From positions 82,586,651-82,634,567 of the forward strand of contig NC_068986.1 in assembly GCF_001194135.2 (NCBI RefSeq): a stretch of 47,917 nucleotides of DNA, read 5' to 3'. Of the stretch, positions 1 through 10,800 are shown one piece after another (positions within the stretch are counted from its first letter, which is position 1; each line of letters starts with the position of its first letter). This DNA comes from Octopus bimaculoides (Eukaryota). Position numbers and translations under genes: made by a program. The notes under the pieces were generated by a model. It did no database searches. It was not told the DNA's origin and saw only the letters and a list, made by a program, of their open reading frames with translations.

Positions 1-870
1 AAGGAAGTTATTTTATGGCATTCTTTCGTTTCATGTACCAACACCACCCACACTAACACCACCCACAACAATAATAACAACAACAATGGGCACAGCACAA
101 GCACTACTACCACCACCACCACCACTAGCAACAATAATGCCAGCAACTATAACAACAACTGCCACAACAATAATAACACCCTACGTTTTGTCTTCTATAA
201 CCCTAAAGACAAATCTTATGACATTATGAAGATCTACCCCACAGACTTACCCTTCAACAAAAGGGTATTTATCCCACCCCAAATTTACAGTGAAACAAAA
301 GCAAAGATCTCCTTAGCTGGAAATAGACTCCAACACATCTTGGTCCGGTACAACAAAACCACTAAAAAACATAATGGGAAGTGGTCCCACCAACTCAGTT
401 CATCCGTTGCCAAAGGCCTACAAAAACTGAAACAGCGAGTTAGGAACAAGGAATTAGTGTGACTCCCTACGGCCAAGTCTGGAAGACTGTCAATATATAG
501 CCCACAGAACTATGTCCAGGCCATTCAACAACACATCAGTAGCATGAGAGAAGTTGCACCACAGGAACATGAAAGAGTGGGAAACCTCCTGAATGCACAC
601 ATGGGAATGTGGTGCAACATACTCCAGCCTAAGAAACGGACTGCAAACTATTTCCAAGCATCCAACAATGATGTTCCTACACTATACGGGTTACGCAAGG
701 ACCATAAACCGTACATAAACCCTGTTATGGGGCCCCCAACCGGACCAGTTTGCGGAGCGAATATCTCCAGTAATTATAGACTGTTCTACTTCCTCTCACA
801 GGTATTACGACCTCTCATAGAAATGTTCCCAAATGCCTGTGTGAGCACAGAGGATCTCCTCAGTAAAATC
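1..870 (+). mobile_element. Penelope-like retroelement fragment: N-terminal region and start of reverse transcriptase
   Basis: Frame +1 is open from base 1 to 912 except one TGA at 460-462. It reads KELV*LPTAKSGRLSI (PLE 'DKG/DKSG' region), then PTLYGLRKDHK..GPPTGPVCGANISSNYRLFYFLSQVLRPL..VSTEDLLSKI, matching the PLE RT start (P-x-LYGL-x-K-x-HK..RP). Similarity ends near 870. Confidence 0.8.
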
Positions 871-1403
871 AGTACTTGCATATATATAAGAACGATTAGA
901 TGGTGCCTGTGACTGAGGAGATACAAGTATGCTGAACTACCAGTGTCTATAAGTTCTCTACGGTGTTAAAGCGAGTGAGTAGTCCACACACGTCATCTTA
1001 AGCGAGAGTTTGTTCTATGAATAAGGAATTCAACAGTGTAAAGCATATTCACCTCCAAATCTTCCAGACTGTATGAAAAATGTATATTCATATATCGCTT
1101 TGATTCACACGTAATATATACAGACAGTCAGACAGACAGTCATATCGTCAAGTAGAAAGACAGTCATAGTGACAGACAGGTAGATAGATAGATAGACAGA
1201 CAGGCTGACTGATGTATAGATAGACCAAGTAATATTATAGATAAAAAACATAGTTAATATAGAAGTACTCAATACAATATAAGCGTGAGACATCTTTATT
1301 ATTAATAAGACTATTAGCTTCTCCAAAATTTTGTTAACAGCAGATATTGATTTTCAAAGTTAAATGAATGAAAATATTAATATCACAGATTTGAAAATAT
1401 TGT

Positions 1404-1437
1404 TAGACGCCGGGTAAAATGCTTTTCCCGGCGTCTA
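1404..1437. repeat. GC-rich inverted repeat (11-bp perfect arms), probable MITE remnant
   Basis: TAGACGCCGGG (1404-1414) and CCCGGCGTCTA (1427-1437) with inner AAAA/TTTT pairing. Confidence 0.75.
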
Positions 1438-1534
1438 GTGATGTTTTGAAAACTTTGGTATTAATATTTTCATTCATTAGGCTTGAATTTCATATCTGGC
1501 GAAAGTTATACTGTAAGCTTACAGCGTTATTAAT

Positions 1535-1537
1535 GAA

Positions 1538-1569
<32 letters not shown>

Positions 1570-1835
1570 TGTGTGAGTGTGTGTGTGTCATATATACATA
1601 CATGTATATGTATATGTATATACACATACATGTGTGTAAGTAAGTATATGTATGCATATATGTATACATATTTATTTATCTACATAGATTTACATCCATG
1701 TATGTATATATGCATATGTATGCGTATATATGTGTGTGTGTGTATGTATGTGTATTCATACATATATATATAAATATATAAATGCATATGTATACGTATA
1801 CATACATAATGAATATATATGTGTGTGTATGCGTC

Positions 1836-1866
<31 letters not shown>

Positions 1867-2590
1867 NNNNNNNNNNNNNNNNNNNNNNNNNNNNNNNNNN
1901 NNNNNNNNNNNNNNNNNNNNNNNNNNNNNNNNNNNNNNNNNNNNNNNNNNNNNNNNNNNNNNNNNNNNNNNNNNNNNNNNNNNNNNNNNNNNNNNNNNNN
2001 NNNNNNNNNNNNNNNNNNNNNNNNNNNNNNNNNNNNNNNNNNNNNNNNNNNNNNNNNNNNNNNNNNNNNNNNNNNNTATACAAAGTGGGAGATTGACGTT
2101 ATATATTTATGTATTATTGGCCAACGTTAAAATTGGCAAATGTACAAATATTTAGTACAACATAGAATTAAATTGAACAGTTGATCTATAGCAGCTACAG
2201 GTTCTGTGAAAGGTGAAGATATATCCCTCCTTTATCAGCAACACTCAAGCAAATGGACAGCCATTACAAGAACAATTGCCAGGAATGCAGACGAAGGACA
2301 CACAACTTTGTAAGAAATAGATGAAATAAGTGTTTGTTCTGTAATGATCTGGTATTCTGCTCCGTTGAGCAACAACCATACACATACGCAGACACCCGTT
2401 TACCTACATAAATTTCAATTATGAATATGTAAAGACGCCCAAAGAGATAAACAGATATACATTTACTTACATATAGAGAGTAACTAGATCATGCATATAT
2501 ATATATATATACATATAAACTTAGACACACGCTTCCATATATGTATACATGCATATATGTATATATGTATATATATGTATATATGTATAT

Positions 2591-2624
<34 letters not shown>

Positions 2625-2629
2625 ATATA
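1535..2629. repeat. Mixed (TG)n/(TA)n/(TATG)n microsatellite blocks next to N gaps
   Basis: Visible directly at about 1535-1866 and 2490-2629; source of the YIYI/CVCV pseudo-ORFs. Confidence 0.95.
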
Positions 2630-3208
2630 NNNNNNNNNNNNNNNNNNNNNNNNNNNNNNNNNNNNNNNNNNNNNNNNNNNNNNNNNNNNNNNNNNNNNNN
2701 NNNNNNNNNNNNNNNNNNNNNNNNNNNNNNNNNNNNNNNNNNNNNNNNNNNNNNNNNNNNNNNNNNNNNNNNNNNNNNNNNNNNNNNNNNNNNNNNNNNN
2801 NNNNNNNNNNNNNNNNNNNNNNNNNNNNNNNNNNNNNNNNNNNNNNNNNNNNNNNNNNNNNNNNNNNNNNNNNNNNNNNNNNNNNNNNNNNNNNNNNNNN
2901 NNNNNNNNNNNNNNNNNNNNNNNNNNNNNNNNNNNNNNNNNNNNNNNNNNNNNNNNNNNNNNNNNNNNNNNNNNNNNNNNNNNNNNNNNNNNNNNNNNNN
3001 NNNNNNNNNNNNNNNNNNNNNNNNNNNNNNNNNNNNNNNNNNNNNNNNNNNNNNNNNNNNNNNNNNNNNNNNNNNNNNNNNNNNNNNNNNNNNNNNNNNN
3101 NNNNNNNNNNNNNNNNNNNNNNNNNNNNNNNNNNNNNNNNNNNNNNNNNNNNNNNNNNNNNNNNNNNNNNNNNNNNNNNNNNNNNNNNNNNNNNNNNNNN
3201 NNNNNNNN

Positions 3209-3551
3209 ACTTCTAGTAACAAAGAATATTTTCATATTGGATTATTCTCAACATATTTGAAATCCGGCCTGGTCAACTACTTCTCTAATTTTAAATACAA
3301 ACGTAAGCGGAACTCTTCGGGACTCAGTAAACTAATCTGGGACCTTAAGGGCTCTGACAAATCTTTTTTCTTTGGAATGGAAAATTCTTTCTAGATCTTT
3401 TCCTTATGATAAAGGGAAAACTCTCTGTCTTTTATGCATGGAAGAGCAATATTTTATTCTCTTCTCTAAGCATAAATTGGTAGACAAATTTACAGAGAGA
3501 ATTTTCAAATGAATCCATTGGACAAAGCACACGTTCAGTAATTTCAAATAA
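3209..3551 (+). mobile_element. Penelope-like element GIY-YIG endonuclease C-terminal fragment
   Basis: Reads EYFHIGLFSTYLKSGLVNYFSNFKYKRKRNSSGLSKLIWDLK; after a frameshift WKIL..RSFPYDKGKTLCLLCMEEQYFIL. This matches the PLE YIG..NST.LSK.IW.LK..W.IL..C.LC.EE pattern. The 5' part is lost in the gap. Confidence 0.8.
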
Positions 3552-4138
3552 TATCCACCCGAAACCTAGTAGTATTTCATACAAACTTCTTTGCCATAGT
3601 CCTCAATCTTACTCCCCTTAACCTTTACTCCCCCTTATTAACTTTCGTCTATTAGTGTGCACAATATTGTATATTTGCTTATAAGTGTGAGCATACGTTC
3701 ATTGTAGTGTGTTAATGTCTGTCAATGTTTTGCGATGTGTGTGCTCCTCTATATGTGTATGGACGTCTGTTTATATCTATAAGTCGAGATCGTTTAAAGT
3801 CCTGTAAAACATACTTAAGTATCTTACTATATGCTTATGAAAGTTATAATGAGTTTACAAATCTCTGATTTAGCACTTCTTTGGTTCTTTCAAACAATTT
3901 CTTCTCATTACCTAATAATGATTTATCCAAAGTTTCTTTTATTTCCTTTTTTTCTTCTGACTTTTCCTTCCTTTCTTTTCCCCGCCTTATCTTTCGATAC
4001 TTCAGTTCCTTCTCTCAGAATATCTAGTTTGTTCCGACAACATCATTTTAAATTCTGAGCGTCCATTGTTCGTATGTAAATATTTTGTGAATGAACGTAA
4101 TCTTTATGTGATTAAGTAAGTGTGAGAATATATATACT

Positions 4139-4360
4139 GTTTATTTCTTTATTGCCCACGGGGAGCTAAACATAAAGAGGACAAACAAAGGGATTAAGTC
4201 GATTACATCGACCCCAGTGCGTAACTGGTACTTATTTAATCGACCCCGAAAGGATGAAAGTCAAAGTCGTCCTCGGCGGAATTTGAATTCAGAACGTAAC
4301 GGCAGACGAAATACTGCTAAGCATTTCGCCCGGCGTGCTAACGGTTCTGCCAGCTCGCCT
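4139..4360 (-). mobile_element. tRNA-derived SINE, family A, near full length
   Basis: Minus strand starts AGGCGAGCTGGCAGAACCGTTAGCACGCCGGGCGAAATGCTTAGC with a B-box-like GAATTCAAATTCC. The same sequence recurs at least 8 times in the window. Confidence 0.85.
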
Positions 4361-4782
4361 ATTATGTGTGGGGTCTATTGATGTTTTGGGATGCGTATGC
4401 TCTTGTATACATCAATGATAGTCTGTTTATGAGTATTAGTATGTGAACGTTAGCGTATATTTTAGTATAGGTTTGATTATAAGTCGTTACCGCATGAATA
4501 TGTACGAGTACATGTGTAAAGATATATATGCATATGTGTGTGAGTATATATATGTATATATAATATTTTAAATAGATATATATTAATGTATATACATGTA
4601 TATATGTTTGTATTTTGATGAGTGTGCATGTATATGTTTGTGTTTTTGTATGAATATAATGTTTATATTTACACGTCACATGTTTGAGTATGAATGCCTG
4701 TGTCCATATAAACATAAATACGTTACATTTTGTAGGACTTTCTTCGGTTAACATGTTTATTTGATGAGCTTCTTATCATAAA

Positions 4783-4865
4783 CTTCCTGAAGAGATTGGT
4801 GCACTGCTGACCATTATTTATCCTGCCGGAGACTTTGAATGCACCCATTGAAACCTATGTAGAGG
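4783..4865 (+). ncRNA. Minimal type I hammerhead ribozyme motif (PLE terminal-repeat type)
   Basis: CTTC(4783-86)-CTGAAGA(4787-93)-stem II GATTGGTGCA/TGCACCCATT (9 of 10 pairs)-GAAA(4850-53)-C-CTAT-G-TA, cleavage after 4861, then GAGG pairing with CTTC. Confidence 0.6.
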
Positions 4866-5100
4866 ACTTCACAATATAAATGGATTAATAAAATCTCGAG
4901 CGTTCGTCTCCTTTTTATATTTCAATATTTTCTACATACACACACACACATACACACACAGACACATACACACACACATATATATATATACACACATATA
5001 CATACATAGTTGGAATTTACAAAAGAACAAAACAAGAGACGAAGACGGGTGTGTAAACAACAAACAGATGTATTAGTTTAACTCTTGGGAAGTAAGAAAG

Positions 5101-5137
5101 TCTTTTACGTTTCGAGCCTACGCTCTTCAACAGAAAG
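5101..5137 (-). ncRNA. Degenerate minimal hammerhead motif inside a PLE-type terminal repeat (about 5020-5200)
   Basis: Minus strand: CTTT-CTGTTGA-A-GAGC gtag GCTC-GAAA-CG-TA|AAAG. Stems I and II pair, stem III is the palindrome ACGT, and core A6 is replaced by U. Confidence 0.4.
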
Positions 5138-5206
5138 GAACACAGAAATAAGCAGAGAGTGAAAATAAAAAAGGCTTAGGGGCTAGCGATCAATCATGGC
5201 GAATGA

Positions 5207-5288
5207 TACATACATACATACATACGTACACACATACATACATAATACATACATACATACATACATACATAATACATACATGCATACA

Positions 5289-5322
<34 letters not shown>

Positions 5323-5911
5323 CATACATACATACGTACGTACGTACGTACATACATACATACATACATACATACATACTCTCACACTATGAATTCTCAT
5401 GTGTACCTATCATCGTAGGTGCAATTAAGTTAAGTACCAAAACATTTTCCCAAAAGCCTAGAAATACTCGGTTTCATGAATAAAAAGCAAATGAAACCGA
5501 CGCGGATTCTCCAACTCCAATCTATTAGTGGCACCGTGAAGATTTGTAAGACATTCCAAAAATTCATCTGAGATTCTTATGTGAATATATGTACACACTT
5601 GGGTGTATGCATCGACAATTTAACCAACACACAAACTCAACCACATATTTACAAACACTGGGAACTCCCTTAACTCAAAAGGTTTTGTTACTTTGATAGC
5701 GACCGGCTTGAACTATCTCGAGAACTTAAACTAAACTCAATGAAAAACATACATACATATATACATACATACAAATTTGCACATACATACATACAAATCT
5801 GCACATACATACATACATACATACATACATACATACATACATACATGCATACATATATACATGCATACATACATACATACATACATACATACATGCATAC
5901 ATACATACATA
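5207..5911. repeat. Two (TACA)n arrays (about 5207-5378 and 5746-5911)
   Basis: Directly visible tetranucleotide arrays; source of the HTYI/YVCM ORFs. Confidence 0.95.
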
Positions 5912-6930
5912 TGAAGTCGTTAAGCTTCATCAGCTACATCCATCGAATCCATTGTTTATATACGGCCATACTAAATATAAATATACACAAATACACACAT
6001 ACACATACACACACGCACTCACACACACAAACATATATATTTTTTGTAGTTTCAGCTCAGAGCAGTGGCCATGCTGGGGCACCACCGTATACATGTATTT
6101 AATAAATGCTAATCAGTTGATCGAATTCTCAAATCACTCTTTACATTGTATAAAAAGGAGAGAAAGAGAGTAAAAGAAAGATAGAGAGAGCTGGCAGAAA
6201 AATAAATTTGCTAAAGGAATGCTAAAATAGGTAGAGGAAAGCAAAGTTGATAAAAATACGTAGTCGATTGACGTCAAGTGCTTACACATATTTCCACATG
6301 CTTACATATACATGCACAGGCATATACATACACCCGCACATATATGCAATTTTCCGTCCATGACAAATATTCACACACGCACACACAAATACGCATAATA
6401 CAGATGGAGAACAAAAGTAAGAAAATTGTTGGAATATTTTTCATATACTGAATTTATTGTGGTGTTACTCCATATTCGATTTTCTCTTCTTGAACCAATT
6501 ATATCATTTGCGCTCTGCCATGTAAATTATGAGATTTTAATATAATCTGTGTTTTAACGACTTATATTATCATATCATACCCCGTTGATTTATGCTGAAC
6601 GTCTACCTGGATTTTTCAGAGCGTGTCTATTGTCATCATTTTACATTGTAACGTATTTTTCTCGACAATGACACAAGATAACTCATCCTATCTATATAAA
6701 GTTGTGTCCTGGAAAGATCAGTAAAAAAGATATTTTCTACGGAATTTCAAGCCAAGTATAGCTATTTTACTGATAACATTTGACTCAGCTATAAACCTGT
6801 CAAAATTTTTATTTTATAACAATAAAACATAAATTACATGGATTGAGGAAAAATGAATTGCTTAAAATCAATATTGGAAATATTTCGAAATATTTCCCGG
6901 AGAGATTAGAATTACAATGAAGTTATTTAC

Positions 6931-7144
6931 TGTGACACAAATCAATATTTAATAAATGATTATGAGCTTTTTCTGATAATTTGAATATTTGAAATACTAA
7001 AGATGGTAAGGATAATGGCATAATGTCTTGATCCGGTTTACAAACTGTGGAATTTATCAAGTGTCTGAATCCTTTTTGCTCATTTAGTATTGTCAACAAA
7101 GTCAGTGACATTGTTAGATCAACTGTAGGCATTGGATATTGACA
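6931..7144 (-). CDS. Putative internal coding exon D (phase 0 to 1) of an unnamed minus-strand gene
   Basis: Acceptor ccattcttcag|TGT, donor CACA|gtaaat. One open frame: CQYPMPTVDLTMSLTLLTILNEQKGFRHLINSTVCKPDQDIMPLSLPSLVFQIFKLSEKAHNHLLNIDLCH. Non-repetitive, protein-like composition. Confidence 0.6.
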
Positions 7145-7729
7145 CTGAAGAATGGTATTGATAGATCAGCTATAGATACCGGATAGTAATACTGGATGAT
7201 GGCATTGATAATCACGGATAGCCACTAAGGTGTAGACACCGGAAACTAAATTAAGCTATCAAAAGATCAACTTTCGGATAAATATTTCAATCTCAGGTTT
7301 ATGTTTGTCAGGATATCAGTGACAGCTCGGCAGTCACAAATGAGTTGTTCATTTTCCGATTAAACTTCACTCTCTATTCTCAACCTCATACATAATGAAT
7401 TGACTCGAGTGACTTAGGTATGCCCTCCTCTGACAATAGACAACACAAGCCGTAGCAGCTTGCGATATTACTAAAGCTACAACACAAATATTTCGAATTT
7501 TCTACGTAGAATATTGCCATTAATGACAAACATTTGGATAATTAGAAAAATCTTTTCTTACAGAAATGTATTACTTTGCTAACTTCGCAAGGTCACACCA
7601 ATTTTAAGTTTTAACTATTAGCTTGTTCAGCCAGTTATTTCTCTGCTTGAACAAACAGGAAGTCACGATTGTACTTTCAATACTAAGTCGTCTTATCAGT
7701 AAATGATCCTTTGTTGTCCTGAAACATAC

Positions 7730-7792
7730 TTCAAAATATTTCAGAGGTGTACTTGCCAGACAAGTGATTTGATCTGAGACTGTTTGTTGAAA
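7730..7792 (-). CDS. Putative coding exon C (63 nt, phase 0 to 0)
   Basis: Acceptor ctgcatctttttag|TTT, donor GAA|gtatgt. Encodes FQQTVSDQITCLASTPLKYFE and joins in frame to both flanking candidate exons. Confidence 0.5.
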
Positions 7793-7910
7793 CTAAAAAG
7801 ATGCAGCATAGAAAATATATATGCATATATATATGTGCGTGTGTGTGTGTGTGTGTGTATGTGTGTGTGTGTGTGTACATAAGCCATTCAAAGACACGAC
7901 TTCACTTAAA

Positions 7911-7952
7911 CATTTATTATTTGGTGTCAAAATTGACACCAAATAATAAATG
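7911..7952. repeat. Perfect 20-bp inverted repeat with 2-nt spacer
   Basis: CATTTATTATTTGGTGTCAA-AA-TTGACACCAAATAATAAATG. Confidence 0.9.
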
Positions 7953-8375
7953 TCTAACTGAGGTTAACAGTCTTTGTGAGCTCCTGAATGGCTAATATGT
8001 ATCTTCTACGCTGCAATCGTTTACTTTGAAATAATTACCTTAATTTAACATTCTTATTCTTTACATTAGATTCCTTTCTGTATACAATTCTTCGATATGT
8101 TCTATATATTTTATTCATCTTTTTGAATTTAGTCATTGAACTGCGGCCACACTGAAGCAAAAACCTGGAAGTCTTTAAGCTGAACACAGCGACCCCAGTA
8201 TTTATGTTTAATGTATTGGTTCTATTTGTCGAACCATTAAGTTAGGGGACAAAAGAAACACAAAATAACATAACCAACACCGGTCTTTGAAGCAGTATAA
8301 GCATAATAAACGTGCGAGCGCATACACACTCTTACTAGCACACATGTGTACAGATAGATAGATAGATAGATAGAT

Positions 8376-8681
8376 AGTGGTTAAGCTATTCGGCTCATGA
8401 TCGTAAAGTTATGAGTTCAATTCCCGGCCACGCGTTGTGTCCTTGAGCAAGACACTTTATTTCATGTTGCTCCAGTTCACTCAGCTGGCAAAAATGAGTA
8501 GTATCTGTATTTCAAAGGGCCAGCCTTGTCACGTTCTGTGTCCCGCTGAATCTCCCTGAAAACTACGTTAAGGGTACGTATGTCTGTGGAGTGCTCACCC
8601 ACTTTCACGTTAATTTCACGAGCAGGCTGTTCCGTTGATGGGATTCAACTGGAACCCTCGGCGTCGTAACCGATGGAGTGC

Positions 8682-8682
<1 letters not shown>
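8376..8682 (+). mobile_element. tRNA-derived SINE, family B (CORE-like segment), embedded in (GATA)n
   Basis: AGTGGTTAAG..GAGTTCAATTCCCGG head followed by TGTGTCCTTGAGCAAGACACTT; (GATA)n on both sides; related copy at 47470-47692. Confidence 0.8.
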
Positions 8683-8744
<62 letters not shown>

Positions 8745-8745
<1 letters not shown>

Positions 8746-8906
8746 CGGGCTTCTACACATTTCCCGTCAACTGAGTTCCATTCACAAGGTATTGGTCATC
8801 CCTAAGTTAGCTGTAGTAGAAGGTACATCCCTAAAGTGCTACACAGTGGGATCAACTGTGGAGTACCTTGGTTGCGAGATGAACTTCTTAAACAACAGTA
8901 ACGCCC
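8745..8906 (-). mobile_element. SINE family C, 5' half, degraded
   Basis: Reverse-complement similarity to the head of the copy at 34265-34670 (tRNA-like head, GTCTTCTAC-like block, CACAAGG). Confidence 0.6.
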
Positions 8907-8937
8907 ACACAGTAATTAATTATTTTATAACTCGAAG

Positions 8938-9355
8938 ACGATGAGTTAGCAGAATCGTTAGCACGCCGGGCTGCTTAGCGGAATTTCGTTCGTCTTTATG
9001 TTCTGAGTTCAAATACCGCCAAGGTCGACTTTGCCTTTTATTCTTTCGGAGACGATAAAATAAGTAGCACTTGAATACTGGCATCGATATAATCGACTAA
9101 TCCCCTCCTCCAAGCCTGCTTGCTTTGTGCCAGAATTTGAGACCAATATTTCATACTTCTGGAAGATGGGATGGCAGAATCGTTAGAGCCTCGGAAAAAA
9201 TGCTTCTGGCGTTTTACATTCCGATTTCAAACCCGGCTGAGTTCATCTAGGCATTTTATCCCTCGGATTCGATGCAATAAAATGCCAATGTAGTAATGGA
9301 GTCGATGGTATCGAGAAAGACCCTCTTCTTAAAATTGCTGCCTTTGTGTTTGAAT
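8938..9355 (+). mobile_element. Two adjacent family A SINE copies (about 8938-9150 and 9165-9355)
   Basis: Both start GCAGAATCGTTAG; GAGTTCAAATACCGCC B-box in the first copy; the second is more diverged. Confidence 0.75.
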
Positions 9356-9469
9356 CAGAAACGATTCTTCTCAACTCCGCCAAACAACCGGGGCTGCGTC
9401 GACATATTGAGACGTCATAACAATCATAGGGGAGTATGACAGAGTTACTGGAGAGTAATGTTCTCTTAA

Positions 9470-9639
9470 ATTTAGGTGCTGTTGTTGTCGTTATTACAGC
9501 TGATATGGTGGCGGTGACTTTTGTTGTTGTTAATGTTGTTGTTAATGTTGTTATTACTACTCTTGTTGTTGCTGTAACTTTTACTGTTATCGGTGGTGAT
9601 GGTGAGGGTAATGGTTGTGGTTGTGTTGGTTATGATGGT

Positions 9640-9698
<59 letters not shown>

Positions 9699-9790
9699 CG
9701 TAGTCGTAGTAGTAGTTGCTGTTGTTATTGTTGTTGTTGTACTTACTATTCCTGTCGCCGTTGCTGTTGTTGTTACAATGTTTTTCCAAT
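9470..9790. repeat. Mosaic trinucleotide low-complexity block ((GTT)n/(GTA)n/(GGT)n)
   Basis: Visible directly; the poly-V and poly-Y/N ORFs derive from it. Confidence 0.9.
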
Positions 9791-10659
9791 AAACATTTAT
9801 CACCTATATATATTGCTGTCTGCAGCATAAAATTTCTATATCAATTCTTTTTACCTATCGGCTTTGATATCCGCCAATTACAAACTTTTAAATGCTTTAG
9901 ATTGTTATGAATGACATGTATACAGACATACAACATTATGGGCGTCACTAAGTGTCTTGAGCGATTTGAAATATTTTTAATATTACTTAAGCACAAGCAC
10001 AAGGAAGGACAAATATTTTATTGGAGGGTGGAGTTAATTGTAAGGTAATTATATCAACCCACGTATCTGACTGGTATCGACCTGAAAAGGATGAAAAGCA
10101 AAGTCGACCTCATGTAGAATTTTAACTTAGAAGGTAAATGAGTTTAATTCCAAATTGGATACTGCAGTTGAGAGAAGTAGGAGATTGGGCAAAAGCTGTA
10201 ACCATTTTGAAGAGTTTCTGTGACTGTTTTAAGAAGTGAGGTGATCAACTTGGCTAAGTTGATCACTGCCTTATCAACCAGTCTCAACTAACATCAACCA
10301 ACCTGACAACATCTACACAAAATAAATAAACCAACGACATAACATTTGCGAACACACTTCTGAAGTTTTCATAAGCTCCATAAAATTACTAGAAATCTGT
10401 TGGTATTTTACGGTAACTGCATTTCCCCCAAACCTTTAAGATCGAACTGCAACGCTTTTGAACTTCCTTTCAACTCAGACTGTGTCTATAAGCTTTATTC
10501 AACAAAACGTTCTAGGATTAGTCAATGTGCGTCAGCTTTACCAGTGTGAGAAAACCAGGTACAGTTATTGAAAAGTTTTAAATTTTTGAAATTATAAAAG
10601 AAAGTCTGTTTTTTGTACACCAACAATACGTTTGTTCTTTATTTAGTGTGAACCATGTC

Positions 10660-10800
10660 TTCTCACACGGAACTTAAACGTGATAGGTGGACCGAGCGAG
10701 TAATAAGGTTCGTGACCTTGGACGTTGTTCAGTATCGCTGATGACGTACGAACCATTGGTTCTTTGTTTAATTGGTCGAAACTCATTCAGTTATAATGCT
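10660..10800. promoter_or_regulatory. Promoter-like patch: local CpG cluster, CRE-like TGACGT, two CCAAT boxes, Inr-like TCAGTT
   Basis: TGACGT 10742-10747, ATTGG 10755-10759 and 10771-10775, TCAGTT 10787-10792, about 10 CpG in about 115 bp of otherwise CpG-poor unique DNA. Confidence 0.35.

Noticed and set aside
911-960. CTGAGGA followed by a GATAC/GTGTC stem after the first PLE
   Set aside because: The GAAA core is absent.
2245-2375. Cys-rich frame CQECRRR..KCLFCNDLVFC like a piggyBac C-terminal domain
   Set aside because: Too short, contains a stop, and has no adjacent transposase sequence or TTAA/TIR.
10736-10792. CTGATGA..GAAA spacing resembling a hammerhead
   Set aside because: No closing pair for stem II and no stem I or III; the motifs are better explained as CRE/CCAAT elements.
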